A DNA stretch of 42,000 nt, taken from IMG/VR virus record IMGVR_UViG_3300031606_000394, positions 1-42,000 of that record; one strand, given 5' to 3'. Below the pieces are notes generated by a model, which ran no database searches, was not told the DNA's origin, and saw only the letters and a list, made by a program, of their open reading frames with translations. The position numbers were made by a program, and so were the translations under genes. This DNA is from a virus (lineage: Duplodnaviria > Caudoviricetes). Below are positions 9,604 through 18,977 of this stretch, in pieces (positions within the stretch are counted from its first letter, which is position 1; every line of letters begins with the position of its first letter).

Positions 9604-10331
9604 AAGAGGGGTATTTATATTTTGTATCTAACGACGGATACTATGAAGAGGCGTTAACTTCCGCCAAGAGCCTTAAAAGACATGACTCGCAAGCGAACAT
9701 CACAATAGCCATAACATATGACAGAGAAATTGACTCAAAAGTTTTTGATATAGTGTCTCATGTTAAGCCCATAAATTCAGAAGACTATGACCATAATTGT
9801 CTCTTAAGGTTAAAGACTCTTACAGACACGCCTTACGATAAAACATTTTACGTAGATACAGACACGTACTTCTGCGGCAACTGCAGAGAGGTTTTCGATA
9901 TGTTAGATTACTATGATCTTTGTATGGCCGACGCCCCCAACGACATGAGCGAGCCGATTATAAACGGCAAAATTGCAAGAGGGATGCATCCATATAACAA
10001 CGGGGTAATTGCCTATAAATCAAACTGGTCTAATTTTCAACTTTTTAGTCAGACTTCTGAAAATGAAAAGTACCTTAATACTCCGACCATATGCCAAACC
10101 CCTTTCTGCGAGGCGCTAGCTCAGTCTAAATCACGAGTCTTTTTTTTAAAAAGCATATATAACTTAAGGACTATTTTTCCCGCGATAATTAAAGAAAAAG
10201 TCAAAATAATTCACGGCAGACACAAAGACTTGCGAAAAATAGAGAAAGAATTAAATTCTTTATGTGGCCAGTTTAGAGTTTGGCTGCCGAAGGAGGAAAA
10301 ATGCGAAACGATAAAAAGCATATTTCAGTAA
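9600..10331 (+). CDS. GT8-like glycosyltransferase
   Basis: TPYDKTFYVDTDT, YNNGVI and IIHG. Confidence 0.7.
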   Translation: MKEGYLYFVSNDGYYEEALTSAKSLKRHDSQANITIAITYDREIDSKVFDIVSHVKPINSEDYDHNCLLRLKTLTDTPYDKTFYVDTDTYFCGNCREVFDMLDYYDLCMADAPNDMSEPIINGKIARGMHPYNNGVIAYKSNWSNFQLFSQTSENEKYLNTPTICQTPFCEALAQSKSRVFFLKSIYNLRTIFPAIIKEKVKIIHGRHKDLRKIEKELNSLCGQFRVWLPKEEKCETIKSIFQ

Positions 10332-11440
10332 TAGGAATAGGTAAGTTAGGATTGTGTTTTGCCCTATGTCTAGAAAGAGCGGGGCATCATGTCCTTGGGT
10401 ACGATATAAATAGAGAGTTAGTTGACGGAATCAACAACAAAAAAGTAAACTCTTTAGAGCCTCAAGTAAACGAGCTCTTGGCATCGTCGAAAAATTTTAA
10501 AGCAACAACGTCTCTCGCGGACGCAATCCGTGATACCGACATAAACTATGTATTTGTTAATACCCCATCTGATGAAAACGGTAAATTTGAACATTCTAAT
10601 ATTGATTCAATAATAGACGAATTAAAAGTCTATGGAGAAAACTCAAACTTATTCGTGATAGCTTCTACCGTTATGCCCGGTTACTGCGAAGACGCGCGGG
10701 AGACCTTACAAAACCTAGGATATAACGTAGCTTATAATCCGCTATTCATTGTCCAAGGAGCGATAGTTGAAGGTATAACAAATTCAAGCATAGTCTTAAT
10801 TGGCGGGGATGAAAAAGCGAAGTCTCAGATAATTGACCTCCACTCTTCGTTTCTAGAAAGCAATCCTCGATTTTTAAAAACCTCGCTCATTGAGTCAGAA
10901 ATAATTAAGATAGGCGTTAATTGCTATATCACTATGAAAATCTCCTTCGCTAATATGATAGGAGCTTTTTGCAAAAATGCTTCTGAGGACATAGACGTGA
11001 ACACGGTACTCAAAAGTATAGGCAGCGACGAAAGAATCGGAGAAAAGGCTTTTGGATATGGTTATGGATTTGGGGGTCCATGCTTTCCTAGAGACAATAG
11101 AGCGTTGGAGTATGCATCTCGCGTCGTTGGCGTTGACCCCAAGATATGCAAAGCTGTTAACGAACAAAATGACGAACATCTAAAAAACCAATTAGACCTT
11201 ATAGGGCGCGGCGACTTGCCAGATAATATTAGCCCCGACCGGGAGACAGGCGGGTATAAAATAGATGGAGTGACATACAAGAAAGGGACAAATATTCTAG
11301 AAGAATCTCAGCCATTAAAACTTGCGCTTATGCTTGCAGAAAAAGGTAAGCCTATAACGATTATCGAAGAAGCAGGCGTGGTCGAAGAACTAAAAAAACT
11401 ATATCCCCATAAATTTAATTACGATGTACATAAAGTGTAA
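10301..11440 (+). CDS. ugd: UDP-glucose/GDP-mannose 6-dehydrogenase family
   Basis: IGIGKLG Rossmann motif, VNTP, YNP and catalytic GFGGPCFPRD; start placed at MRNDKK after AGGAGG. Confidence 0.9.
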   Translation: MRNDKKHISVIGIGKLGLCFALCLERAGHHVLGYDINRELVDGINNKKVNSLEPQVNELLASSKNFKATTSLADAIRDTDINYVFVNTPSDENGKFEHSNIDSIIDELKVYGENSNLFVIASTVMPGYCEDARETLQNLGYNVAYNPLFIVQGAIVEGITNSSIVLIGGDEKAKSQIIDLHSSFLESNPRFLKTSLIESEIIKIGVNCYITMKISFANMIGAFCKNASEDIDVNTVLKSIGSDERIGEKAFGYGYGFGGPCFPRDNRALEYASRVVGVDPKICKAVNEQNDEHLKNQLDLIGRGDLPDNISPDRETGGYKIDGVTYKKGTNILEESQPLKLALMLAEKGKPITIIEEAGVVEELKKLYPHKFNYDVHKV

Positions 11441-11816
11441 AATTTCAATAGGAGAATACTTGGACAAACTTTCTATTCTTTACATAAAAAGAATAAAGAT
11501 CACCGATCCCTCCAAGCTCATAAATGTAAATAGAGAGATCAGAGAACTAGAAAAAACTCTCAAATTAATCCCCGAAGAACCACGAGAGCTAATGATGAGC
11601 GATCTTATGAAAATCAATGAAAAAATGTGGAACTGTAACGAGAAAAGAAAGTTGAAAATTGAAGAGTGCGAATTTGATCAGGAGTATCTTAAACTTTCGA
11701 TAGAAGAAAGCGCAGAAAACGATAGGAGATTTCATATAAAGCAGAAAATAAATCAATTCTTTGACTCAGAAATTAAAGAAGAAAAAAGCTATGGTCGGAT
11801 CAAATCTTTAGATTAG
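11424..11816 (+). CDS. DUF6165-like protein
   Basis: ISIGEYLDKLSILYIK...NDRRFHIKQKIN...EEKSY pattern. Confidence 0.7.
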   Translation: MYIKCKISIGEYLDKLSILYIKRIKITDPSKLINVNREIRELEKTLKLIPEEPRELMMSDLMKINEKMWNCNEKRKLKIEECEFDQEYLKLSIEESAENDRRFHIKQKINQFFDSEIKEEKSYGRIKSLD

Positions 11817-12585
11817 CTTCTAAAATCACATCTATGTATTTTATGTTGCCCTTTTCTACTTGAATATTTTTTTTGCCAAACGGATTGAAGGGAATCATTT
11901 GGTACTCTGGACCTATACACATCACATTTGAACCGCAGTTTGAGGCTAGCTGAGTAAACCCAGAATAGCTTGTAACAAATAGATCTGAATGATTAAGGTA
12001 AAAAATAGATTTAATTATGTCAGTACAAAATTCAGAATTTTTGACATTCATCTCTAAGACCTCGCTCTTGAGTCCGTGAAAAATAATTCTTTTGTTCTCA
12101 AAGTCCTTTACGCTTTTTATCTTATCTATAACTTTTAGCCAGCTTAGCTTATCCAAGTTTCTTTCTGAATCTAGCTTCCTATTTCTACATAACATGTTTA
12201 TAAATTTTTTTTCACTTCTCTCTCCTGTCGAAAGAGGCTCGCTCATGTTTGTTATTAGCTGCCTACCCTCTCTCCAGTCTGTTGTGTAGCAACCCAGTTC
12301 TTTGGATAAGCATGAGTATTCTTTTTCTCTTAAATCTCTTTGGAACCCCGCGTGTTCTAAATCGTGATATTTTCTAGACTCTTCAGGGATTTCTCTTGGG
12401 TTAATTTTTAATACACAAAGGCTTTTGGTGAATCTATTAGGGAATGCTAGGTCTAGTATTTTAAAGTAGTCCTCGTAAGTGAGAATATTAAATTTCGTAC
12501 GCGGGTTTTTTATAAAGTATTTTTCTAGACTGCCTAGGACATTGAAGTTCAAATATCCTAATTCGCCATAGTAAAAGACATCCAT
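11800..12585 (-). CDS. Putative GT-B (GT9-like) glycosyltransferase
   Basis: YGELG at the N-terminus and SDLFVTSYSGFTQLASNCG near the C-terminus (GT9-like xxFxxxDSGxxHLA pattern); start uncertain. Confidence 0.55.
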   Translation of the reverse strand: MDVFYYGELGYLNFNVLGSLEKYFIKNPRTKFNILTYEDYFKILDLAFPNRFTKSLCVLKINPREIPEESRKYHDLEHAGFQRDLREKEYSCLSKELGCYTTDWREGRQLITNMSEPLSTGERSEKKFINMLCRNRKLDSERNLDKLSWLKVIDKIKSVKDFENKRIIFHGLKSEVLEMNVKNSEFCTDIIKSIFYLNHSDLFVTSYSGFTQLASNCGSNVMCIGPEYQMIPFNPFGKKNIQVEKGNIKYIDVILEANLKI

Positions 12586-12609
12586 ATATGATATGATAAG
12601 ATAAGACAA

Positions 12610-14187
12610 ATGAATATACTAGGAATTTCTCATCTGCTTTCTTATAATCCGGCAGCCTGTTTAATACAAGACGGAAAGCTTATCGCATTCGCCGAAGAAG
12701 AGAGGTTCATCAGGCAGAAACAAGCACCAAGAGCCTTTGTCAGAGAAAGCATAAAGTTCTGCTTGAAAGCGGGAAATATTTCTTTGGAAGACGTGGACGT
12801 TGTCGCTGTCGGGTTTTATAACCCTGATGATCCATGGACTAAGGGAAAAGACGAGCTTCTAGAGGCGGAGCTTAAAAATTTAGGGCTCAAGAATATACGG
12901 TACTACGATCATCACTTGTCTCACGCGGCTAGTACAGCTATACCTTCTGGGTTTGAGGAAAGTAATGTAATAAGCATTGATGGATGGGGAGGTCCAAGCT
13001 CAGGCTTACTTGGGTACAAAACAGGAAACGATATAAAAGTCTTAAAGTCGATTCCCCCTACGCACACATGGGGAGGTATATGGAATAGAGTTACGAAACA
13101 TATTGGGTTTATGGGTCACGGAGAAGAAGGGAAAACGATGGGGCTAGCAAGCTATGGAGCTCCAGATCAATTTCTATTGCCTGATTTTACAGAAGATAAT
13201 TTGCCTAACAAAGAAAAATATTTAGATTTTTTTAGTTCGCCAAAATATAAAGCTGGCAAAATTGCTTTCGGAACATTTGAAGGCAGCGCTCTGTTAGAGT
13301 CAATAATAAAAATAAATACAGCTGCGACCTTACAAGATTTATATCAACGCTCTTTAGTTGAAATAGGAAAAAAATTATACGAAGAAACAAAATGTAAAAA
13401 TTTTACCCTAGCAGGAGGCGTTGCGCTTAATTGTACCGGAAATGGATATTTAAGTAATCAAAGCTTCGTAGAGAAAATTTTTATTCAACCCGCTAGTCAC
13501 GATGGAGGAACCGCCTTAGGATCTGCCATACTCGCCTATAGGGATTTTGAGGGCTCATGGCCGACAATAAAATTTGACAACGCTTATTGGGGGAGAGAGT
13601 TTTCAGACGGTCAAATTAGAAAATGTCTAGTAAGACACAATGCCAAATTTGAAGAAGTCGACCCTGTTGAAGCAGCAATCAAAAACATATCTCAAAACAA
13701 TGTTATTGGCTTTTTTCAGGGGCGAAGTGAAGTTGGACCTCGCGCGCTAGGTAATAGAAGTATATTAGCAGACCCAACTAAATACGAAAATTTAAACAAA
13801 GTTAACGCAATAAAAAGAAGAGAAAAATGGAGACCCTTAGCTCCCAGTATTTTAGAAGAAGAATATTTTAATATAGTAGAATGTAAAACCTTATCCCCGT
13901 TTATGCTTATGGCTACGCAAGTAAAAGAAAAATTTAAAATTAAAATTCCAGCAGTTACTCATATAGATGGTTCCTGTCGACCCCAATCAGTATCAAAGAA
14001 AGCCAATAAAAAATATCATCAAATTCTATCGGGTCTAGAAAAAGCCATTGGCGTACCCGTTGTGTTAAACACGAGCTTTAATAATAAAGGAGAGCCAATT
14101 GTGGATTCTCCCGAAGACGCTCTAAATTCTTTTTTAAATTGTGATTTAGATAAATTAATTATAGGTTCTTTTGAAGTAAGCAAATGA
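12610..14187 (+). CDS. O-carbamoyltransferase (NodU/CmcH family)
   Basis: EEERF, HHLSHA, IDGWG, EGKTMGLASYG, LAGGVALNC, GPRALGNRSIL and LNTSFN. Confidence 0.95.
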   Translation: MNILGISHLLSYNPAACLIQDGKLIAFAEEERFIRQKQAPRAFVRESIKFCLKAGNISLEDVDVVAVGFYNPDDPWTKGKDELLEAELKNLGLKNIRYYDHHLSHAASTAIPSGFEESNVISIDGWGGPSSGLLGYKTGNDIKVLKSIPPTHTWGGIWNRVTKHIGFMGHGEEGKTMGLASYGAPDQFLLPDFTEDNLPNKEKYLDFFSSPKYKAGKIAFGTFEGSALLESIIKINTAATLQDLYQRSLVEIGKKLYEETKCKNFTLAGGVALNCTGNGYLSNQSFVEKIFIQPASHDGGTALGSAILAYRDFEGSWPTIKFDNAYWGREFSDGQIRKCLVRHNAKFEEVDPVEAAIKNISQNNVIGFFQGRSEVGPRALGNRSILADPTKYENLNKVNAIKRREKWRPLAPSILEEEYFNIVECKTLSPFMLMATQVKEKFKIKIPAVTHIDGSCRPQSVSKKANKKYHQILSGLEKAIGVPVVLNTSFNNKGEPIVDSPEDALNSFLNCDLDKLIIGSFEVSK

Positions 14188-15137
14188 AAACCATTGTCAC
14201 AACTACAATAAATCCACCCACAGAAGCACTTAAAAAGTTTGCCGAAAAAGACGGTTGGGACCTAATCATTATTGGAGACTTAAAAACTCCACATGATGAC
14301 TATGACCCATTTTGTAAAGACTATCCAAATTGCACTTATTTACATCCAGAATACCAAGAAAAAAAATATAAAAAAATAAGTAATCTTATAGGCTGGAACA
14401 ATATTCAACGGCGCAACATCGGCTTCTTGGAAGCGTACGAAAGGGGCGCAGAAATTATAGCTACTGTAGACGATGACAATATACCCTATGAAGATTGGGG
14501 TAAAGATTTGTTAGTGGGAAAAGCTGTAGAATTAGACTGCTATGAAAACACTGAAAATGGCTTTTTTGATCCGCTATCCGTGACAAACATAAGCCACATG
14601 TTTCACAGGGGATACCCCATAGAGTACCTTAGCGGTAGACTGAAAAATAAAAGCTTGGGCAAAATAAAAACTCGAATTTTGATCCAAGCTGATTTATGGG
14701 ACGGGCACCCCGATATAGACGCCATGTGCAGGTTATATAATTCCAACCCGTCAGTAAAGATTACCGGGGACTTCCCGTATACATTTAAAGGACTATCTGT
14801 TTTTAACAGCCAAAACACATTCATTCACAGAAGCGTTTTGCCGCATTATTCTGTGCTGCCACATGTAGATAGAATGGATGATATATGGGGAAGCATTATA
14901 GCTCAAAAACAATTACCAACTCTTGGAAGCTTTGTAGCTTTCAATAAGCCTTCTGTATATCAAGATAGAAGCGCGCACTCTTTTGATGGCGTCCCATGTC
15001 CTCCTGTGGGAGATTTAGAAAGAGAAATTTTAGGGTACAAAAAAACATTTCACGTTTGTAAAGACTGGAAAAAACATGTTCCCGCTGAGTCTTTAGAGTT
15101 TTTTATTGCGTATCAAAAAGAACTATTGAAATGGTAA
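14184..15137 (+). CDS. STELLO/DUF288-like (GT75-related) protein
   Basis: TTTINPPT, RRNIGFL, VDDDN, DIDA, FNSQNT and RMDDIW. Confidence 0.75.
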   Translation: MKTIVTTTINPPTEALKKFAEKDGWDLIIIGDLKTPHDDYDPFCKDYPNCTYLHPEYQEKKYKKISNLIGWNNIQRRNIGFLEAYERGAEIIATVDDDNIPYEDWGKDLLVGKAVELDCYENTENGFFDPLSVTNISHMFHRGYPIEYLSGRLKNKSLGKIKTRILIQADLWDGHPDIDAMCRLYNSNPSVKITGDFPYTFKGLSVFNSQNTFIHRSVLPHYSVLPHVDRMDDIWGSIIAQKQLPTLGSFVAFNKPSVYQDRSAHSFDGVPCPPVGDLEREILGYKKTFHVCKDWKKHVPAESLEFFIAYQKELLKW

Positions 15138-15733
15138 TCAAAAAATTCTATATCCTGCTGGTACAAGGAACTGATCATATCTACGGTGTCTAAATCATAA
15201 TAGCTTGCATACCCTTTTCTTTTCGTAGCGTTCTCATGGGGGAGTACGTCATAGTTTATGTTTAGCGTCTTGGCTATGCGTCGCCAACTTTCGTTTATTG
15301 TTTCGAACTTGCCGATAAAATCTATATCTACATTTCCAAGAGAATTTTGAATCCATTTTATTTGTTGGTCATTGCCTAAGCCTGTCGGGCTAATATCTGC
15401 CTTGTCACCACTTTGATACTCGTCCCAGTTATCGTAAAAGTCTTTTACCCAAGCTCTGAAGTCTTTAAATTGAGAATAAAATTTTTTTACTTTATTGTCG
15501 GGGTGATTATTTTTTCTATAATGATACATCGAGACCGCTCTGTCCCAAGGATCTCTTACAAAAGCGAATTTAAAATATTTTGATAAATCCTTTTTAGCTT
15601 GTGCGTCTTTTATGCAGGTGTGTGCGTGTCCGTTAACATAGCTTATGCCGTAGGGCTGAATAACATTTTTTATACTAGTCCCTGCGGTTTTGGGGATGTG
15701 TATAAATATAAATTTTTTATTTTCGCATATCAT
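15113..15733 (-). CDS. Sulfotransferase (Sulfotransfer_2 family)
   Basis: FIHIPKTAGTS (5'-PSB), FVRDPWDRAVSMY (3'-PB) and DFIGKFE. Confidence 0.9.
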   Translation of the reverse strand: MICENKKFIFIHIPKTAGTSIKNVIQPYGISYVNGHAHTCIKDAQAKKDLSKYFKFAFVRDPWDRAVSMYHYRKNNHPDNKVKKFYSQFKDFRAWVKDFYDNWDEYQSGDKADISPTGLGNDQQIKWIQNSLGNVDIDFIGKFETINESWRRIAKTLNINYDVLPHENATKRKGYASYYDLDTVDMISSLYQQDIEFFDYHFNSSF

Positions 15734-16349
15734 AAGTATACCCGAACAAAGAAATATCTTTTTCGTATAATTCTGAGATGATATTTATCATCTCTTCGTC
15801 GTAATATTTAGTATAGTGATTGTGGGTAGATTTATTATGGCGAGAAAGTTCTGCACTTTTAATGCCTCCGCACTTACACGCGCGCTTAAAATCATCTTTT
15901 AAGTTCTCGAACTTGCCAACGAAATCTACATCTATGTTGCCTCTTTCGTCGCACAACCAATACGTCTGCTCTAAGAAATGAAGGCTGTAAAATGTATTTA
16001 GTTTTACAAGATATTTTTTTAGAGGTAGGCTTTTTATAAATTTTTTGAAATCTCCGTTGTAGTTTTTTATTAAATATTTTTGCCTTTTTTGGTCTTCTTC
16101 ATTTCCGCGCCCGCCATTTGTTAAAAAATGAAAAGCAGAAACAATTCTATCCCAAGGGTTTCTTACGAAGGCAAATTTAAAATACTCATCATATTCTTTT
16201 CTGTGCCGCTTTCTTATTTCAGAGATCGGAGTGTGACCCATGACATTGTCCCACATGCCTCCGCCCTCATTCACGCTGCTTAGAATTGAAACACCGGCAG
16301 TTTTAGGTACGTGAACAAAAATGTATTTATTTTTATGATTTATTTTCAC
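15717..16349 (-). CDS. Sulfotransferase (Sulfotransfer_2 family)
   Basis: FVHVPKTAGVS, FVRNPWDRIVSAF and DFVGKFENL. Confidence 0.9.
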   Translation of the reverse strand: MKINHKNKYIFVHVPKTAGVSILSSVNEGGGMWDNVMGHTPISEIRKRHRKEYDEYFKFAFVRNPWDRIVSAFHFLTNGGRGNEEDQKRQKYLIKNYNGDFKKFIKSLPLKKYLVKLNTFYSLHFLEQTYWLCDERGNIDVDFVGKFENLKDDFKRACKCGGIKSAELSRHNKSTHNHYTKYYDEEMINIISELYEKDISLFGYTYDMRK

Positions 16350-17100
16350 TCTGTTTAACCCTCTCTAAGATATGAGACATCTTATGCGCCTTGTCATCTG
16401 ATTCGCCATTAAAATGGTAGAAACATCTATCTAATTTTGAACCTTCCTCAGCAAACACTTTAAACAATTCCTTGGGGAATCTGGCTTTTTCTAAATCTAC
16501 GCCAGATTGCGTTAGGGCTTTATTGAACATGGGCATATCGCTATACTCTCCGAATACATGCAATTTATCCAAAGCTATTTTTTCACATTTCAAAAATATT
16601 TTTTTTGCAAATTGAGACTCTGCGAACATGGAACAAGCATCAAACATTTCTATATCTTCAAACTCAGGACCAATCAGCTGGTGGGTCCACATCTGGTAGT
16701 CGACTATTGGGTGAGTAAACAATTTGACGGGAGAATCCGAATCTAAATAATTAGCGATACATCTATTATCTAACATTAGAGTGTCCGAATCTAAATAAAT
16801 TATATGATCATACTCCTCATAAAAATCATCAATAAACCATTTGCACTGCATCGGATCCCACAGCCTGTCGTCTGTCTTTATAACAAATCGATCAGAAACA
16901 TCAATAATTTTTGCGTCTATCCCTGAGGCTTTTTCCGGAGAGTCAGTAAGCACATATATATCCCCTTCAAATTTTGCTCTTTCTTTTAGGCATGAGATAG
17001 AAAGGCTTAACGTCTTCGTAATGTCTTGAACCGGTTTTGAATATCTTACTGAAATGCGGGACTCATTCAGAACCAAGATGTAGTACGCCGCTATTTTCAT
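16333..17100 (-). CDS. Putative GT-A/GT8-like glycosyltransferase
   Basis: IYVLTD, YDHIIYLDSD and YHFNG. Confidence 0.6.
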   Translation of the reverse strand: MKIAAYYILVLNESRISVRYSKPVQDITKTLSLSISCLKERAKFEGDIYVLTDSPEKASGIDAKIIDVSDRFVIKTDDRLWDPMQCKWFIDDFYEEYDHIIYLDSDTLMLDNRCIANYLDSDSPVKLFTHPIVDYQMWTHQLIGPEFEDIEMFDACSMFAESQFAKKIFLKCEKIALDKLHVFGEYSDMPMFNKALTQSGVDLEKARFPKELFKVFAEEGSKLDRCFYHFNGESDDKAHKMSHILERVKQSENKS

Positions 17101-17626
17101 CTTTTTTTAACAAATAAATTTTATCTATTTTCGTGCCTGAACCGAAAAAATTAATTATATTGTAATCAACTGGATAGCACATCCAATGCCATTCGCTACT
17201 AAAAAATTTACCGCGAACTAAAATAAAAGCAATATCTTTTAATGGGTCGAGCTTCGTGAGGTCGTCAACGGAAACTAATTTAAAACCGTATTTTTTGGCT
17301 ACGCTTTTCATTTCCCACGACCATGTAATTGAAACCGTTCTATTGTCGAACAGGGACGAGAGTCCTTTAAAAAACTGCCCGTCGTCTTGAATCTTTTCGC
17401 TTATTTTTTTTCTTGGCGCGGGGTTCTTGGCGAAGGCTATCCCTTGCCTCCTGTAATATTCATTTATGGCCGCTTCCATAGCAATTGGACCACAGCTTTC
17501 AAAGTGACTTATGTAATATCCGTTTCTGTCTTTAATCGGCGGGTTAAAAATGCCACACCCTGCGAGAGAGGTAATGACTACCAAAAGAGAAATAGCCCAA
17601 GATATAAACTTTATATATTTTTTCAT
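17063..17626 (-). CDS. Predicted lipoprotein with papain/C39-like Cys-His peptidase motif
   Basis: Start MKKYIK (ATGA overlap with the upstream gene), hydrophobic stretch, LAGC lipobox, SCGPIAM and HWMCY. Confidence 0.55.
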   Translation of the reverse strand: MKKYIKFISWAISLLVVITSLAGCGIFNPPIKDRNGYYISHFESCGPIAMEAAINEYYRRQGIAFAKNPAPRKKISEKIQDDGQFFKGLSSLFDNRTVSITWSWEMKSVAKKYGFKLVSVDDLTKLDPLKDIAFILVRGKFFSSEWHWMCYPVDYNIINFFGSGTKIDKIYLLKKDENSGVLHLGSE

Positions 17627-17889
17627 AACGACATGAGATAAGTAATTATGATTGTCGCTAAAATCACCCCCATCGCTGAAGCTAACACGACAAAAAGACA
17701 AAATTTTAGCTCAGCCTTCGAAGAGGTTTGCTCTGTTCTTTTTGAGGGATTAGTCTTCAACTTTTTTTCAGGGAATTCTGAGCCGGTAATGATCCACCAG
17801 TTTCCGTCTTTATCTTGAGTAGCCCAATCAGTGTCAGGCTTCGCCCACCAATAACCATTTTTATCTAATTTAGTGAGCCTTTTTTTCAT
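17623..17889 (-). CDS. Small membrane protein (C-terminal TM helix)
   Basis: Trp-rich N-terminus with twin DKxGxWW; FCLFVVLASAMGVILATIIITYLM TM segment. Confidence 0.6.
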   Translation of the reverse strand: MKKRLTKLDKNGYWWAKPDTDWATQDKDGNWWIITGSEFPEKKLKTNPSKRTEQTSSKAELKFCLFVVLASAMGVILATIIITYLMSL

Positions 17890-18280
17890 CAAGATTTTCT
17901 TCGAAGGAAATCCATTTGCTTGGATCTGTTGGCTTTGAGGGTTTCTTCCATCCTCCTAGCTCTTGGATTTTCAGAAAAAGTTGCCTAATTACTTCGCTTT
18001 GCATTCCTAAAGCTCTGATCATCTCTAATCTTTCTACTTCTTTAGCTTGGAGATAGTTGTTTCTTTCATTTACGAATCCAAAAATATCATCAAGGTCTTT
18101 AGTTAATATGGCTTTTTCTTTTTCTAATTTGAGCGCTTTTGCCTCATGGGAAATTTTCATGTTCACTATCAAAAGTGCTGAAAGACAAGAAACCGCTGCG
18201 GCAGTTAGAAGGCTATTCCTGTTTTTTGTTAAAAAATCGAGACAAAAGCCCACAAAACGTTTGATTTTAGCCATAAGCAT
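17870..18280 (-). CDS. Membrane-anchored coiled-coil protein
   Basis: N-terminal hydrophobic segment followed by a heptad-like helix; AGGGGA RBS; AGTGTA motif upstream. Confidence 0.65.
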   Translation of the reverse strand: MLMAKIKRFVGFCLDFLTKNRNSLLTAAAVSCLSALLIVNMKISHEAKALKLEKEKAILTKDLDDIFGFVNERNNYLQAKEVERLEMIRALGMQSEVIRQLFLKIQELGGWKKPSKPTDPSKWISFEENLDEKKAH

Positions 18281-18338
18281 ACAGTCCCCTTTTGTATACT
18301 TACACTTAAAAAAGATAATTTAGAGAAGATAGAAGTCT

Positions 18339-18977
18339 CTAGTAGTTGAAAAAGTCGAAGTCTTCGTTGAATTTTCTTCTTACATGCTTCTCGGATTCTT
18401 CATCGTAATAGTCCATGCTCTTCTGAGTACCAAGGTTTCGCGTGGCATTGTGCTTTTTCAAACTAAGATTGGGTAACTTGAGTAGACCGCAAAGGTAAGA
18501 GAAGTCCTTGTTGATCGTCTCTTGTTTGCCTATAAAATCTAGCTCAATTCTATTTTTGTTAGGAACGAAGGTCTCCTTATGCTCTTTAGAGGTTAGAAAC
18601 TCTAATTGAGATCTCTCGGAATACTCAGAAAAAACAAATTCCTTAAAGGACATATCGCATATTGCCTTTTTTGCTTCAGGATCGAAAATCCCTTCGACTT
18701 CATTCCACCAATTATACAAAGAAACGATTCTCGAAAAAGGGTTTCTCACAAAAGAAAAAGTGAAATATTTCTCCCACCTTTCTGTAGTTGCAAATCTTTT
18801 AACCTCTAATGCCGTACTGTGCTTATGCACTTCATCATTACCTTCTGGCGCGTCTGGATGCCCTCCAAAAAATTGATCATATTTATCGCCGTAAGGGTAC
18901 AGGGCTCTCTTTATAGATGTCCCCGCGCACTTGGGAACATGTATAAAAATAAATTTATATTTATGGTTTATGATCAT
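18339..18977 (-). CDS. Sulfotransferase (Sulfotransfer_2 family)
   Basis: FIHVPKCAGTS, FVRNPFSRIVSLY and DFIGKQE. Confidence 0.9.
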   Translation of the reverse strand: MIINHKYKFIFIHVPKCAGTSIKRALYPYGDKYDQFFGGHPDAPEGNDEVHKHSTALEVKRFATTERWEKYFTFSFVRNPFSRIVSLYNWWNEVEGIFDPEAKKAICDMSFKEFVFSEYSERSQLEFLTSKEHKETFVPNKNRIELDFIGKQETINKDFSYLCGLLKLPNLSLKKHNATRNLGTQKSMDYYDEESEKHVRRKFNEDFDFFNY

